A DNA stretch of 61,425 nucleotides, filler included. It is 14 parts of 14 records of this genome, joined end to end, with 100 filler letters (N's around TTAATTAATTAA, not from the genome) between each part and the next. Parts side by side here need not be neighbours in the genome. Positions count along the whole stretch, not along the records: positions 31,244 to 36,230 come from SRR15195285_8340; positions 36,331 to 39,786 come from SRR15195285_8342; positions 39,887 to 46,892 come from SRR15195285_8343; 11 more parts are not named here. One strand, written 5' to 3'. Below the pieces are notes generated by a model. The model ran no database searches and had not been told where the DNA came from. It saw only the letters and a list, made by a program, of their open reading frames with translations. Below are positions 33,956 to 46,992 of the stretch, piece by piece. The position numbers were made by a program, and so were the translations under genes. Every line of letters starts with the position of its first letter. Within the stretch, counting starts at the first letter, position 1.

Positions 33956-36200
33956 TCATTTCGCATCGGTATCCATGAGTGGCAGACTTTGATTGGCAAG
34001 CAGCACCACAGAGTCAAGCCAGAATTGCTGTGGCCCATCAGTTCCCCCCTCAAAAGCCAACTCCAGATGCCAGTGCCACGGCTGTCCACGGCCGTAAAGT
34101 GGGGCCTCCCAAGCATTCTGCTGCGACCCTTGACGGCCAACATCAATCATACAAGGCCACTCCCGTGGCGGGAGCACGACGCGCAAACTTTGCCAGTTCG
34201 TCGTGAGGTGTAGAGGTTTGCCGAGTACCGCCGTCTGCTCGCTCCACGGTATGAAATGAGGCACGTTGTAATCAGAGTTGTTGAATTTCTGCCGCCCAAA
34301 GGAGAGCCAAACGCGCCCGAGCCGATCGTTGCCGTCTTTGTGAACTGTAAGCCTTTGCTCAGCGTTATATACTTGGCTGCAACGGCAAGCATGGCAATAC
34401 AATGCAGCATGACTATATAGCAGAACGGATTAGCTCAGAAACGGGTGCGCGCACCTTGATGCGCGCACAAAGGCCTGCAACTCATATCGGGTGTGGTTGA
34501 AGAGACAGTTGGGGACATTCTTTTGACCTGCCGCGAGGGTACTGGAGAGGTTGTAGCCCTTGATTCCATCTCCAGGAATTCCAACTCTGAGAGTCTGGCG
34601 TGGATGTGGAGAGTTGATACGCAGCGAGTGCCGACCGCGGTGTGGTGATACTGTGGAGATGTGCACCTTGGCCCGTCCATCTGTCCACACAGTGCGATTT
34701 TGCGCTTGGTCAAAGGTACCCGGCATCACTCCCCACATACTTGTGCAGCCAGCGTTGAAAACAACACATCCAGGCTCCCCAGGTAGACCGTTGACGATCT
34801 CCATGTTTCCATTCGGCACCTGATTGCCAAGGTTAGTCCAGGGTGTTGTGATGAGATCTTCTTCTTCCACACACCCAAGTGCATAAATGTTTGTCTTGCT
34901 GGCGGCAATCCAGTCCGAAAGCACCACCACACCCTTGTCACTGCCGCTGGCAGTTATATTGAGCTTCGTGGCGAGTACCCTACGACATAAATAGTCGGGT
35001 TGGTTGAGTTTTGTCCCTTGGCCACCCTGCAACACCAACATAAGTGCATTCACAGAGACGGAAATCGTCAACAGTCAGTCGCAATTCAACTGAGATGCCA
35101 CAACAGCTTAATGTAGGCAAAATCTGACGGTCAGTCACGGCTCCGGCAACCCAAACATTTGCTGGTACCAGCCTCACAATGCAGCGCAAATGCAGCGCAA
35201 CGCACGAAGTTCGCAGGATTGTTGACGCAGGACCCATCGAATAGCGGTGCAAAGCCACCTACAGCATTACCTCCAGTCTCTGTCGCAGCTTCCAGCTCAG
35301 CATCCGTCAGGCCGCTGATGGTAAGCGAGAATGGCGCATTAATGCCCTGCGCGTTGGCGACAATTAGATGCGCGCACGTCGCGCTGGTATCGCGCGACTC
35401 CTCTCGGAACATCCGCGCAACAATCTGCGGATGTGCATCGACATCGTCGATTGCCCCGGGCGGGCAGCCATATGGATCAGGCTGCTGCTGTCCGAAAGTG
35501 CCCGCTGGCTTATTGCAAGGGTTGGGCAGCCTCGTTGTAACATTCACCACCGGTTGTTGCTCATCGTGCAGTACAGAGGCTGAAAAAGACGGCAGCAGCT
35601 CCTGTACTTTGAGGTTGGTCGTATCAACAGCAATTTCAATCTGCTGGCGGCTGAGCTGATCAGTCTGTGCGACAAACCAGTTCAGCCAGGGAGCATTTGC
35701 AACAATGATGCCAATCCAAACCATTGTCTCGAGCCCCTCGTGACCAAACTGCCGCATCGGACCTGGCATGTTGACAATCGGCTCGAAACGAGCTGGAGGG
35801 TGACGGAAGCTGTTGTCATTGCCACTGAGACTCTCGTGAAAGCCGAGATCGTTTCGATAGTTCTCAACCATGGCCACATCGAGCACCAAACCATGTTCTA
35901 TTGCCTTCACTGACGCAGGCTCAGTCCCACTAATGGTTTCGTCCTCGGTCTCCAGCTCACCCTGGGGCCCACCACCAGCACCTGTGGGATCTTATTTTTT
36001 AGTGTCTTCCAGTCTTTCAGACATGGCACAGCTGGCTGCAGGCATGAAACGACGCACCATAGATAAGATGGTACGGATCGTGTCGACGCATAATCTCGAC
36101 GATAACGGTACGGTTGCGCTGCACACTTGGCGAACCACTTGCGCAATCGTCACAGATGTAGTAGCTACAGTCCTCGATCAATTTGCACACACAGATACAT
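33956..36200 (-). CDS. Multi-exon hypothetical, probably secreted/carbohydrate-associated protein (5' truncated, exons approximate)
   Basis: Consecutive coding-like minus-strand ORFs (35910-35131, 35071-34430, 34402-33956) are separated by short GT-AG segments. NQVPNGNME...PHRGRHSLRI resembles a CBM-type jelly-roll start. Confidence 0.4.
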
Positions 36201-36331
36201 AGACACACACACAGACACACACACACACACNNNNNNNNNNNNNNNNNNNNNNNNNNNNNNNNNNNNNNNNNNNNTTAATTAATTAANNNNNNNNNNNNNN
36301 NNNNNNNNNNNNNNNNNNNNNNNNNNNNNNC

Positions 36332-39300
36332 CCCAGCGCGAACTACGATGACAGCTCTTGCCATTATGACGCTTGCGCCGCATTGCCATGCCAGAATTGC
36401 GACTACTCCGAGGAGTGCACATGTCAATCTAATCCCGCAGCCAACGAGTTCACCTGCAGCTGTGCCGCCGGTTTTGCTGGGGACACGTGCGCAACGGAGA
36501 TCGAGCGAATCACAACTGCCTCGCAATGCGTCGCTTCTGGGCCGAACATCGGTGGCGCGCGGGAGCGAGCAATTGGATCGTTTTCGGTATCTCTAATAGA
36601 TCAATTTGGTCAGCCACGAGTTTTCTCTGCATTTCCAGCTGAGCAAGTGACTGTTGACTTTGATGGCGTCAACGATCCGGACGTGGCAATCGTGTTTAGT
36701 ACTTCGACAGGCAAATTCTCGGTAGAGTATATGGTTGGTCTAGCCGGCAACTATCAAATGAATGTCATGGTGGATGAGGAACACATAGCGGGCAGTCCCT
36801 TTGCTATCAACATCGTGGCAGATATTGGTCCGGCGCACGGGCCTACGAGCGGGCTCACAGGACTTGACAGCATCATTGTTGCAGGGGCCAACGTTGCGTT
36901 GTCTGTTCAGCTACTGGATATGTATGGTTCGTTGCTCACTGAGGGCGGCGATGATGTTGCGCTCGAAGTCCTAGCCAGCGACGGGCAGGTCGTTGAGAGC
37001 AAAGCATTCGATGATCACCAAGACGGTTCGTACACCGTCGATTTCAGTCTGACAGCGAGTGGAGCATACACGGTAGGTGCAACAGTCAACGGTACAGCGA
37101 TTGCGAGCTCACCACAGGTAGTTGATGTCTTGGCCTCATCCACATCTGCGACGCTGTCGCGAGCCTCCAATGTGCAGCCGACGCTGAGAGCAGGAGAGCT
37201 AAGCACGTTCACGATCAGAGCGTATGATGAATACAATAACCCCAATGTTGATGGTGCCGTTGGTGCGGAATTCAGTGCCCGTATGGATGGCACAGACGTG
37301 ACGATATCGTATGTGTCAGGCGAAAATTACTCAGTGACCTTTGGCAGTGGACTGCGCGCGAGTAGCGAACCTATCCTCATCTCAGTGTTCCTGGGGGTGA
37401 ACACTCTCGAGGGCTTCCCACAAGAGATCAGCGTACTGCCTGGCACTCCGCTTGCAAGTATGAGCACCGCATCAGGGACCGGCTTGACAGGTGGAGTCGC
37501 AGGCGAGCAATCGCAGATTGTGATAACATCTCGTGATCGTTATGGCAGCGCATGTGACACTGGAGGGGCAGCCGTTGCTCTCATATTCCCGTCAGTCCCC
37601 GACAGTGCGATTGTCCCCGATGTCTCGTTTACCGACAACGGTGACGGCACATATTCAGCAAGCTGTGAGCTGGAGACAGCTGGCACTTATTTGATTCAGA
37701 TAACCTTGGATGAGGATGCAATCAGCAATATGCCTGTCACTCGGGCGATAAGCGCCGGCGAGGCCAGTGCCAGTGGCACGAGTTTGCAAGTACACAACTC
37801 GTCACTTGCTGCCGGAACAGTAGGTTCCTGCACTTTGGTGGTTCGTGACGAATTCGGCAATAGGCCAGTCTATAATCCTTCTGCAGCGCAGGCTGGCTTT
37901 GTAGCTGTAGCAACTCGTGGTGACGGATCCACAACCTTTTCCAGCAGACCCTGTTCGTCACGCGAGGCAGTCGGGGTGGATTCACTGTGCGTTGTCAACA
38001 ACTTGGACGGCACTTTCAGCGTGAAGTTCTCGTTTTCACAGTCCAGTGACCATACGGTCACGGTTTCTCTAGCAAGCTCGCAGACCCGTGTTGGCGATGG
38101 CTTCACGGTGAGGGTCTCAGGGGCAGCGGTATCAGCAGTCACTTCACAGGTGGTACCCGCTGCAGCGGACATAAGCTCAGTTGCTGGAGAGGCCATCGAG
38201 TTTGGGATTGTACCGCTTGACGCCTTCGGAAACATCCCCAACCCGGTCGCTCGCAGCTCAGATTTTACTGTTGGCGCAGTGTCGAGCGATTTTGTGTTCG
38301 TGACCGGCACGGTGTCATCCTCAGCAGATGGTTTCGTAGGTTCGGTGATACCTGTAGTGGCCGGGGCCTACGAAATTTCGGTATACGTGGCCGATGACCT
38401 GATTCCGGACAGCATATTGACTGCAACTGTGGGTGCTGCCGCAGCAAGCTCAACACAATGCACGGTGGAAGGTGAAGGGTGGCTGACGGGCCAAACTGAC
38501 GTAGCGTTGGTGGCATCTGTGGTCGTTCGAGATGCGTTTGGTAATCTGCGCACCGCCGGTGATGATAACGTTGCGTTGCTTGTCGACAATCAAGAGGTTC
38601 CAGGTGTGTACGTCAGCGATGCCCAGTACTCCCTAACATACATGTATTCAATGCCCGGCACTTTCCCGGCCTCGATCACTGTCAACGACGTCAGCATCAC
38701 GCCGCCTGTCGGCGATGGTTGGAACGTGGAAATTTTGCAAAGTGTTGGTGAGGTATCGACAGTGACCGTCGTTGCGCCGCAGGGTAGTGTCACGGCGGGC
38801 GTGCAGTCCACCTTTATGGTCGAGGGACGAGATGATGCAGGCATTCTCGTCTTGGATTCTGCAGATCACAAGCTGCAACTCGAGATTTCTCAACCGCCGT
38901 CTGTGGCTTCACTCGAGCGATCCGGACCGGTCGATGGAATCTACACCGTCACCTACACAACGTCTGAGGCCGGCACGCTTAGTTTCGCTGTGGCGCTTGC
39001 TGGTGAAACGGTCGCGACAGTTTCTCGGACAGTTGTCGCTGCAGGTGTGAGTGCACCACATTCCACGCTGACAGGAGCCACGAGCGGAACTGCTGGAACT
39101 GCAGTTCAGTTGACAGTACAACTTCGCGACGAGTTCGGTAATGCCGCCGACGGGTCATCTGCTCTTTTAGCTATTTCAGACTCGGCTGGTGTCCCTATAG
39201 CTGTGCCATTGGGACTTCAGAGTATCGTTGTCACAACAAGCGCGCCGCTAATCTCAAGCGGTGAACACCTGCTGTACGCTTCATATGATGGTTCGCCAAT

Positions 39301-39786
39301 CCAGGGAAGTCCTCTAACGGTGACGATCTCAGCCGGACCCACAAGCCCAGCGCACTCGACTGTAGCCGTGGCTGTAGCGCTTGTGGCTGGGCGAACCAGC
39401 ACCGTAGTCGTGCGCACGAAGGACGAGTACGGCAATATGCAAAGCGCCGACAGCTCGGTAGTGCGACTTGATGCTGTTGGTCCAACAACCGTGACGACCA
39501 ATGACTATGCAGTCCGCGAATCTGATCCGGACGGCAGGTTCAATCTCGGGTACACGCTCACCATCGGTGGAACTTACGAGACCACAGTTTATGTCAACGG
39601 CGAGCCTGTCGCTACTGAGACAGTGATGGTATCACCAGCTGCTGCACATGGACCGGAGTGCATCACGACTGGCCTGGCAAGCACCATGCAGGCAGGTGTT
39701 GAGACGTCATTTACCATCGCCATGCGCGACCAGTATGGCAACACAATAACCACTGGCGGAGCTGTTGTTGATGCTCGCCTTAGCGG
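36332..39786 (+). CDS. Extracellular EGF-like plus tandem filamin-type Ig-repeat protein (partial at both ends)
   Basis: EGF: PCQN..CTC..FTCSCAAGFAGDTC. About 11 repeats with AG...F.I..RD.YGN, DNGDGTY and IAGSPF motifs. The frame is open across the whole contig. Confidence 0.85.
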
Positions 39787-40030
39787 NNNNNNNNNNNNNN
39801 NNNNNNNNNNNNNNNNNNNNNNNNNNNNNNTTAATTAATTAANNNNNNNNNNNNNNNNNNNNNNNNNNNNNNNNNNNNNNNNNNNNAGACTTTCCCGCCC
39901 GTGAGCCGGCACTGTACAATTCGTACGAGTTTTCAGTACCGTACCTCTCCGACTGCTGCATGGCGACACCGCGCTGCTGCGCGCGCTCTGGTGCAGCAGG
40001 TGTTGCGTGCGTCGCGACAGCGAGTACGCG

Positions 40031-43000
40031 ATGATGCGGTCGGTTGGTCTCGGCGCTGGCCTGCTGGCGCTGCTGCTTGCGGCGACGGCGAACGGCCACT
40101 ACCACACGAAGCCATACGACACCGATGAGCTGGTCAGGCAGCTGCAAGTCGGCCACGTGAGAAAATCGAAGTTCGCCACCATCTGACCACCCGCCGCTGC
40201 GCTGCTCTCTTTTTTTGTCGCGCCAGTACGCAAATTCGCCTTGATCTGACTCCACAGCGACATGCGGGGTTGGTTGGCAGCATATGGAGGTGGAGGGCGT
40301 GCCGGCGGACTTCGAGTGCGCGTGGCGTACAGCAGCGATGGCACACGCCAAAACGCTGCAGCCCTTCCTCTCGACCGAGCAGCAGAAGACGCTGTTCGAT
40401 GCGCTCGAGCTGGGCGCGGCGGGAGACGACCACAAGGGCCACACGCACGGTCCATGCAAAAAGGACTCGCCCTCTTTTGATGAGCTGTCGTGGGACCCCG
40501 CTGCCCCCGCTGTTGCGCTCGGGCGCCGTGCTGGCGAGCTCGCACTTCATGCCACCAGCGCAGAGGAGCTTGTCGCTGCATTTGACGCCGCTGGCATGCA
40601 CGAAGGGCCGTCGCTCATCACTCTCGAACCCGGCACGACATACCGCCTCAACCAGACGCTCGTGCTCGGTCCCGAGCATTCGCACACAACGATGAAGCCG
40701 TCGACGCTGGACGGGGCAGCGACAATCTCCGGCAGCAAGCTTCTCGACGGCCTGACCTGGGCGCCTGTCAGCGTGAACAACGTAACCAAAGGAGTGTACA
40801 AGGCCTCTGTCACCGATGTCGACCAGATCGAAGCTCTCAGGGTCGATGGCCTGCGCGCAACCCGTGCTCGGTTCCCCAATGCGGACCCTGAGTTTGACCA
40901 GTTTCCCAAGGGATACGTCACAACGCCCACGGACTACACGGCGCCTAAGTATACCTGGGGTACCAACAAAACTGTAGAACTCAAGGGCGCGTATCCACAG
41001 GTTAACTCCACCCAGGGTGAATGGACGGACAAAGCTTACGGAAAGGACTACTTTGCCGGCGCGTATCGCATCGGCTCTGACGGTGGCTGCAGCTATCTGA
41101 CTCCACCACACTCCTACTGGTGTCAGCCAGAGGGACGCGTCGCCGGCGACACATACTACCCTGGTGCGCGCCCATCGGGCGTTGCTGGGATCACCAAGCA
41201 CCTTCCGCACTCTCCGTATGCGGATGGTGGGAAGGACATGGTGTTGACATACTGGCGACCAGGCCACTGGTTTTCGATCATGTACAATATGAGTGGGCCG
41301 ATCGATAGCAGTGGTGACGTAAAGTTCGGAACAGGTGGCTTTCAGGGCGCAGAAGGCCACACCAAGGGCGCAGAGTGGTTTGTCGAAAATGTCTTCGAAG
41401 AATTAGATGAGCCCAACGAGTTCTACTACGACAAGGCATCAAAGGAGCTCTACCTCTTCTACAATGGCACAGGCACCCCGCCGAGCAGTGTGGAGGTTCC
41501 GAGTCTGGCAGAACTCATTGTAATGCAAGGCACGAAGCAGACGACCGCCGACGTAACAGGAGCCAATCCGGTTAGTAACGTTTCGTTTGAAGGCGTCACG
41601 TTCACTGGGCAACGCCCTACGTATATGGAACCCCACGGCTTACCGTCGGGCGGAGGTAATCTTGTTATAAACTAACAGTTGCCCCGAACTCACGCAATGA
41701 TCTAATTATTTCGTCGTCGTCTTTTTACGCAGACTGGGGCATGACGCGGCTAGGAGCACTCCGACTACAAGGAACAGAAGGTGTAGAAGTCACTGGCTGT
41801 AAATTCGAGCGTCTCGATGGGCAGGCGGTGCTACTAGATGGCTACAATCGTGACGCAACCTTCGCTCGGAATACCTTCTATCTTCTCGGGGGCTCGGGTG
41901 TTGTGCTCTGGGGATATGAGACGAACGGCGACGGCACCGATGGCAATCAGCCACGTCGCACGACTGTTACCGAAAACTTTTGTCATGAAATTGGCATCTA
42001 CCAGAAACAGTCATCGTGCTACTTCCATGCTGTCTCAGCACAGAGCACTGTCACGCACAACCTTTTCTTCGTAAGCGCTTCACGTCTTCACCTGACTCGT
42101 TGTAAATTGAAAACTGCGATCCTGACCGTGCCCTGTCTCCGATCCGTTGGTACCGGTATGCAGAACGGCCCGCGCGCGATGGTGTGAGTGCGGTACAGTT
42201 CACGCGCGCGCACTGGCGACAACAGTTCTGTTGCCTTCCTCTGTGGGAAATAGCATTTATCGCAAAATCGACTCGTACTGATTTTTACTTGATTTCTTCC
42301 ATTTGACACCAAATTGCTGTCCTCTCGACGAACGAAGAAATTTCAATGATGGGTTTGGCGGCGGTGAGCCATCTGCGCGTGCATTCGGCTTGAGTAACTG
42401 TCAGATAGGTAGGATGATGGTATCTGATTCCTTCCACCACGATGGCTGCCGATCGACAGGTCACGACCTTGGCTTCAATCTTATCTTCAATACCTGCCGC
42501 GAGTCTTCGGACCATGGCGGTACGTTGTCTACTTTGCCATCACCGCTGAACAGTCTGTCTGAAATTCAATAGTTCCCTCATCTCATGCAAACTGTGGTTG
42601 GTACCGCGCTCTTCTTGCATGATTGCATGATCGTCATCGTCCATAAACAGCTTTCAATAGCTGGGTAAGTCATTCAGTCGCTCAGGATTGCGTGGTAAAA
42701 GAAAGACAGGCTAAACCGAAGAATGAACGCAGGATCGCCAGCCTTACCTCAGCGACATCGGTGGCGAGGATGGCACCGCTACCACTGCTGAGCCCGCTTA
42801 CTCTCGCTTGCACAACAACTTCATTGTTGCCAATTGTAAGCAAGACAGCCCATTGTAGACAATGACAAGGCCAGCCGTTCTCTTCTTGTCTACCTGGTTG
42901 ATTGACAATGAGTAGTAGTACCCGAGCAAATGAGTGTGCAAGAGAAACGCTGCTGACCGATGCGACTGAACGGTGGGCGACGCGTGTCGAACATCAGACG

Positions 43001-43796
43001 CTGCTGACGGAGGCTGTTATGACAATGTAAGGTCGCAGTACAATTTGACAATTCAAAGCTTCACCTCAACTAATTTACTGTGAATTATTCAGGATGACGG
43101 CTCTTCTTGGTATCTGGAACAAAACAATTTCTGCGTCTACGGAGGTACATGAAGCAATCGCAACATATCTTCTGTGTCTAACTTCTGCGCCGGTCGTAGC
43201 GCGAAGATAATCTGACAGCTTTGTTTGCTTCGTCTTCAGGCATGAAGTCCAATTTCGAAGGACACAATAAGCGGTCCTCTGGCAACGTGCACGCCTATGC
43301 CTCTGTCTATGGTGATAGCTGCCTCAATGGTCTGAACCAAATCACGTGGCACTACGCTGAGGGATACTACAACAATATTTGTCTGCTAGCGAAGGCGAAG
43401 GACACGTATCTCAATCTTGATGGGTGCGCACTCGAAGTTCTCCATCGACTCACACCATCTAGTTTGCCGGTGAACCAAGACTCTTAATGGGTGCGCATCT
43501 TAATGGATAGGTACGGTGGCATGCCGACGAAAGATAATGCGGACCCGTGCAAGGCTGGCCCATCCGAAGCCCTGCACACATACCTAGGTGGAAACAAGGT
43601 CTACGCGCCCGGTGGCGACGTCTCAGTCAATTACTGCAGCAAACATGACGGCAAGAGCTGGCTTGCGCTGGGCCTTGATAAGGGCTCGACTGTGCTCGAC
43701 TCGAGCTCGGTCACGAGCGCGATGATTGTCCAGTGGGGTGTCGCAGCACTCGCTGCGAAGGATACTCCAGCCACACCGCCTGGTCAAGCCGCGTAG
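40031..43796 (+). CDS. Secreted right-handed beta-helix protein (GH141/pectin-lyase-fold-like), about 12 exons
   Basis: Signal peptide MMRSVGLGAGLLALLLAATANG. Motifs RATRARFPN, GGFQG, WFVENVFEELDEPNEFYYD, PSGGDW. Spliced micro-exons give NGPRAMVNFNDGFGGGHDLGFNLIFNTCRESSDHGAFNSWDRQPY and DNDDGSSWY. Confidence 0.75.
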
Positions 43797-43991
43797 ACCA
43801 CGACTGGGGACCTGAGGGTCCTGTTCGATGTCGGGTCGACTTTTAATTCTGTTGTTGAGGGCCTGCCAGTATCAGACCTACTCGACTGAAAGCTGCAGTA
43901 CTGATGCGGGAAGATTATACAACGAGGGTTGTGGTCAAAAAAGTTCCAGTGTATTGGTCCACACTGGGATTCATCACTCGGAAGTCTCGTC

Positions 43992-46142
43992 CTATGCATC
44001 TCCGAGGAGCTGGGCACGCGCAGCCAGGAGTTTCTCGAGCTTCTCATGATGCCTCTCCGCCCCCACCAAAACCTGTCCTTGCACCTCGTTCACAACGTCT
44101 TCGAACGCCGTCGGTTCACGCTCATCAGACAGTATGATTGTCCCCTCCGCGTCCCTCCGCACGTTGTCCAACATTGGAACTCTACTGACAACTTTGCGCG
44201 TCCGCGTCTCCCAGCGTTCGTCACGCTTGATCAGCTGCTTGCAATCCTCAATCTGCTCGTCGATTGCTGCAACGGCTGACGTCAGCACTGATTGCTTGGC
44301 AGCAACGCCTGACTGGACGGTGCTGCACTGCTCTCCAAAACGCAGGGTCTGGACAGTTTCCTCAGCGTGCACCGGCTCCATTGCACAGCACACGATGATA
44401 AGCGTCTTGGCGCTTCCACCAAGCGCCGAAGCCAGAAGCTGAGTGAGCTTGCTGTCTCGGTAAGGTACAGATATCACCTGCGGGGTACCTTCACGTGCAG
44501 CAAACTGTCGCCGGACCAGCGCAGCGATACAGCGTTTCAGTGCAAACAAACCGAGGTTAATGTTTACAGTCTCCTGTAGCTTGCGTCGGCTCTCATTGTA
44601 TTCCGCCCATGTAATCCTATTCGACTCCGTCCACTGCCCTGCAGCAGCCATACCACCGCCACCATCTGACTCTACCCAGTTGCCGTCGACATCAACCCAG
44701 CCACGTTTGGCTACCTCGCCTTCCGACATATCAGGAGCATCGGGATTGACCTCCAGCATAACTTTTGGCTTTGTACCTTCATCAGTTTTTGATTTACTAA
44801 TCTTTTCTGAGCCACCGAGATCCGCCAAGAAAAGCTTTGACTCCACCAGCCGCTCGCCGCAATACTCACTGATAGACCGTTGAGAGAGAGAGACCACAAT
44901 CACGGCATGCGCTCGAGTTGATCGTGCATTCATGGCGGTGGCTGAGCGCCGCTTCTCTGCGTCACCCTTTCGCAGGAGCTCTCTCACTTGCACCATGCCA
45001 CCCTCGACTCCAACGTCCACGTCGCCATCGAGCACGTACCGATGACCGACGCGATCTGTGGCTCGAGTGTCGGCGTGACGGCCAGCAACGTCTTGGCCGA
45101 CCACCTTGCCGCCGTCGAGTAGGTCGCGGATTTCATTCCCATAGATCTCTATGTAGGCCATCTTCAGGCACACGTCAAACCCAGCTTCGCGGCGACAATG
45201 CACTGCGTCAAGGACCGTTTCGAAAGCGCGCGGGATTATGCCCGCGTCGGTGCTTTGGTGAGCATCCGTGCGTCCAAACATCGTGTGCGTCTTGCCAGAC
45301 CCAGTCTGGCCGTACACGATGATGCTGCCTGACTGCCCGTTGACGAAGTCCATCACGACACGTGCCCCACTCTCAGTGAACACGGAGCGCTGTGCAGTGT
45401 TTTGTTCAAACACGTGTGAGAAGTGGAACGATCGGAGTCCAACTCCGGGCACCATCGCGAGAACGTCACCTCTACTAGCCGTGGACTCGAGCTGCATCAC
45501 ACCGGCCTTTTGCCGTGCCAGCGAGCCTGCAGCAGTGTCGCCATCGTCGGCCAGCACTGACGACTCGTCCTTGAACGGAATATCTGGCGCTGGAACTCGG
45601 TTCTGCATAACCATGCGAAGTGCCACTTTGCGGCTCACACCACGCGAGGCGCAAATCTGCTGTATGCGCTGGTGCAGTGGCACCACGATGCGCTTGTCTG
45701 ATGCGTCACCACCTGCATCAGAAACCTCCGGTCGAAATCGGCAGCAGACGGTCAGGTTCAGCTCGCTCTCCACAGGCTGGCCCTGTGCTGCCACTGCGTC
45801 CTCTGACCGGTCATCCTCCGGACCCGGTTCGTCAGCCGCCGGGGCACCGGCCTTGCAGTCCAGCTGCGGTGCGAAAATGTACCGCGTGGCCCACAGCTCC
45901 AGGAACAGATCACGCGTGACGAACCCCGGGATGCTAGGCACGAAAAGCCCGTAATCTGAGGCAAGGCACCGGCCGAGCATATCCCAGTGGCTCGGCTGCT
46001 GGCTCAACTTGAGACACGACTTGTTCAGAGACGGAAAAAGGCATTTGATGCGCCACTCCGCGTGGCACAGGATCTCACAGAGCACTTTCTCGTCGGAGAG
46101 CGCAGGTGGCGCCGCAGCGGCGACTCGCTGCTCACCAGCCAT
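43992..46142 (-). CDS. Kinesin motor protein with N-terminal F-box-like motif
   Basis: VCCRFRP, FHFSHVF, YGQTGSGKTHTM, YIEIYGNEIRDLL, TAMNARSTRAH, LADLGGSE, INLGLFAL, VPYRDSKLTQLL..LGG. The N-terminus reads LSDEKVLCEILCHAEW..SLNKSC..W. Confidence 0.9.
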   Translation of the reverse strand: MAGEQRVAAAAPPALSDEKVLCEILCHAEWRIKCLFPSLNKSCLKLSQQPSHWDMLGRCLASDYGLFVPSIPGFVTRDLFLELWATRYIFAPQLDCKAGAPAADEPGPEDDRSEDAVAAQGQPVESELNLTVCCRFRPEVSDAGGDASDKRIVVPLHQRIQQICASRGVSRKVALRMVMQNRVPAPDIPFKDESSVLADDGDTAAGSLARQKAGVMQLESTASRGDVLAMVPGVGLRSFHFSHVFEQNTAQRSVFTESGARVVMDFVNGQSGSIIVYGQTGSGKTHTMFGRTDAHQSTDAGIIPRAFETVLDAVHCRREAGFDVCLKMAYIEIYGNEIRDLLDGGKVVGQDVAGRHADTRATDRVGHRYVLDGDVDVGVEGGMVQVRELLRKGDAEKRRSATAMNARSTRAHAVIVVSLSQRSISEYCGERLVESKLFLADLGGSEKISKSKTDEGTKPKVMLEVNPDAPDMSEGEVAKRGWVDVDGNWVESDGGGGMAAAGQWTESNRITWAEYNESRRKLQETVNINLGLFALKRCIAALVRRQFAAREGTPQVISVPYRDSKLTQLLASALGGSAKTLIIVCCAMEPVHAEETVQTLRFGEQCSTVQSGVAAKQSVLTSAVAAIDEQIEDCKQLIKRDERWETRTRKVVSRVPMLDNVRRDAEGTIILSDEREPTAFEDVVNEVQGQVLVGAERHHEKLEKLLAARAQLLGDA

Positions 46143-46992
46143 TCTGCGTCTCAGCTCGGCTATAGCCAGAGCCACAGAACCGCAGAGCCTCAGCCTTAAC
46201 CTCAGCCTCAGCTACGGGTGCTAGCTAGTGCAGCTGCAGCCTCGGCCTAATTCGTATAAGAGCCTCAGCCGCAGCCATCCCTACAATTGTACGCGACGCG
46301 CGATACGATACAGAGTTACAGACATGCAGAGCGCGCGATTCCGGTTTGAGATTGCGATTCATCGAATTCATCGGAGCGATACTAGGTACCGGTATAGCAT
46401 TATGCTCAAAATAGGATGTGCTCCAAAAGCACACGTCTACCACTCGTAACGGCTCTGTGGGGGCGGAAACCAACGTTACTAGGACTGATGGGGGGGTAAA
46501 TCCACACATAAATTTGCTGTTACATGGAACGTAACGTGTCTGGTGTGGGCGTAAACTCGTAACGGCTGGTCGTTCCGAGGGTTCAAGCTGCACTTTTCGC
46601 GCCATACATTTCGTCGCTCGAAGGCACTTTTCGCGGTGCCAACACTGCGACGAAGAAGACACCGGCGCGGCAGCGCCGCGCCTTGGGGGGCCGAGCAGAG
46701 CGGCTGATGGCGAGAGGCGAAACGTTCACGGTGACGTCGTACAACATGCCGGGGTATCAGAGTACGTAGACGACTGGGTAGGAGACGAGACGGAGAGCGA
46801 GGGCTACAAGCTGAATTCAGACTTCGCGGTCTTGTCCTCACAGCCGCCGACGAGCGGCGCCACCTGCTGGCTACGCCGCACCACCACTCCACNNNNNNNN
46901 NNNNNNNNNNNNNNNNNNNNNNNNNNNNNNNNNNNNTTAATTAATTAANNNNNNNNNNNNNNNNNNNNNNNNNNNNNNNNNNNNNNNNNNNN

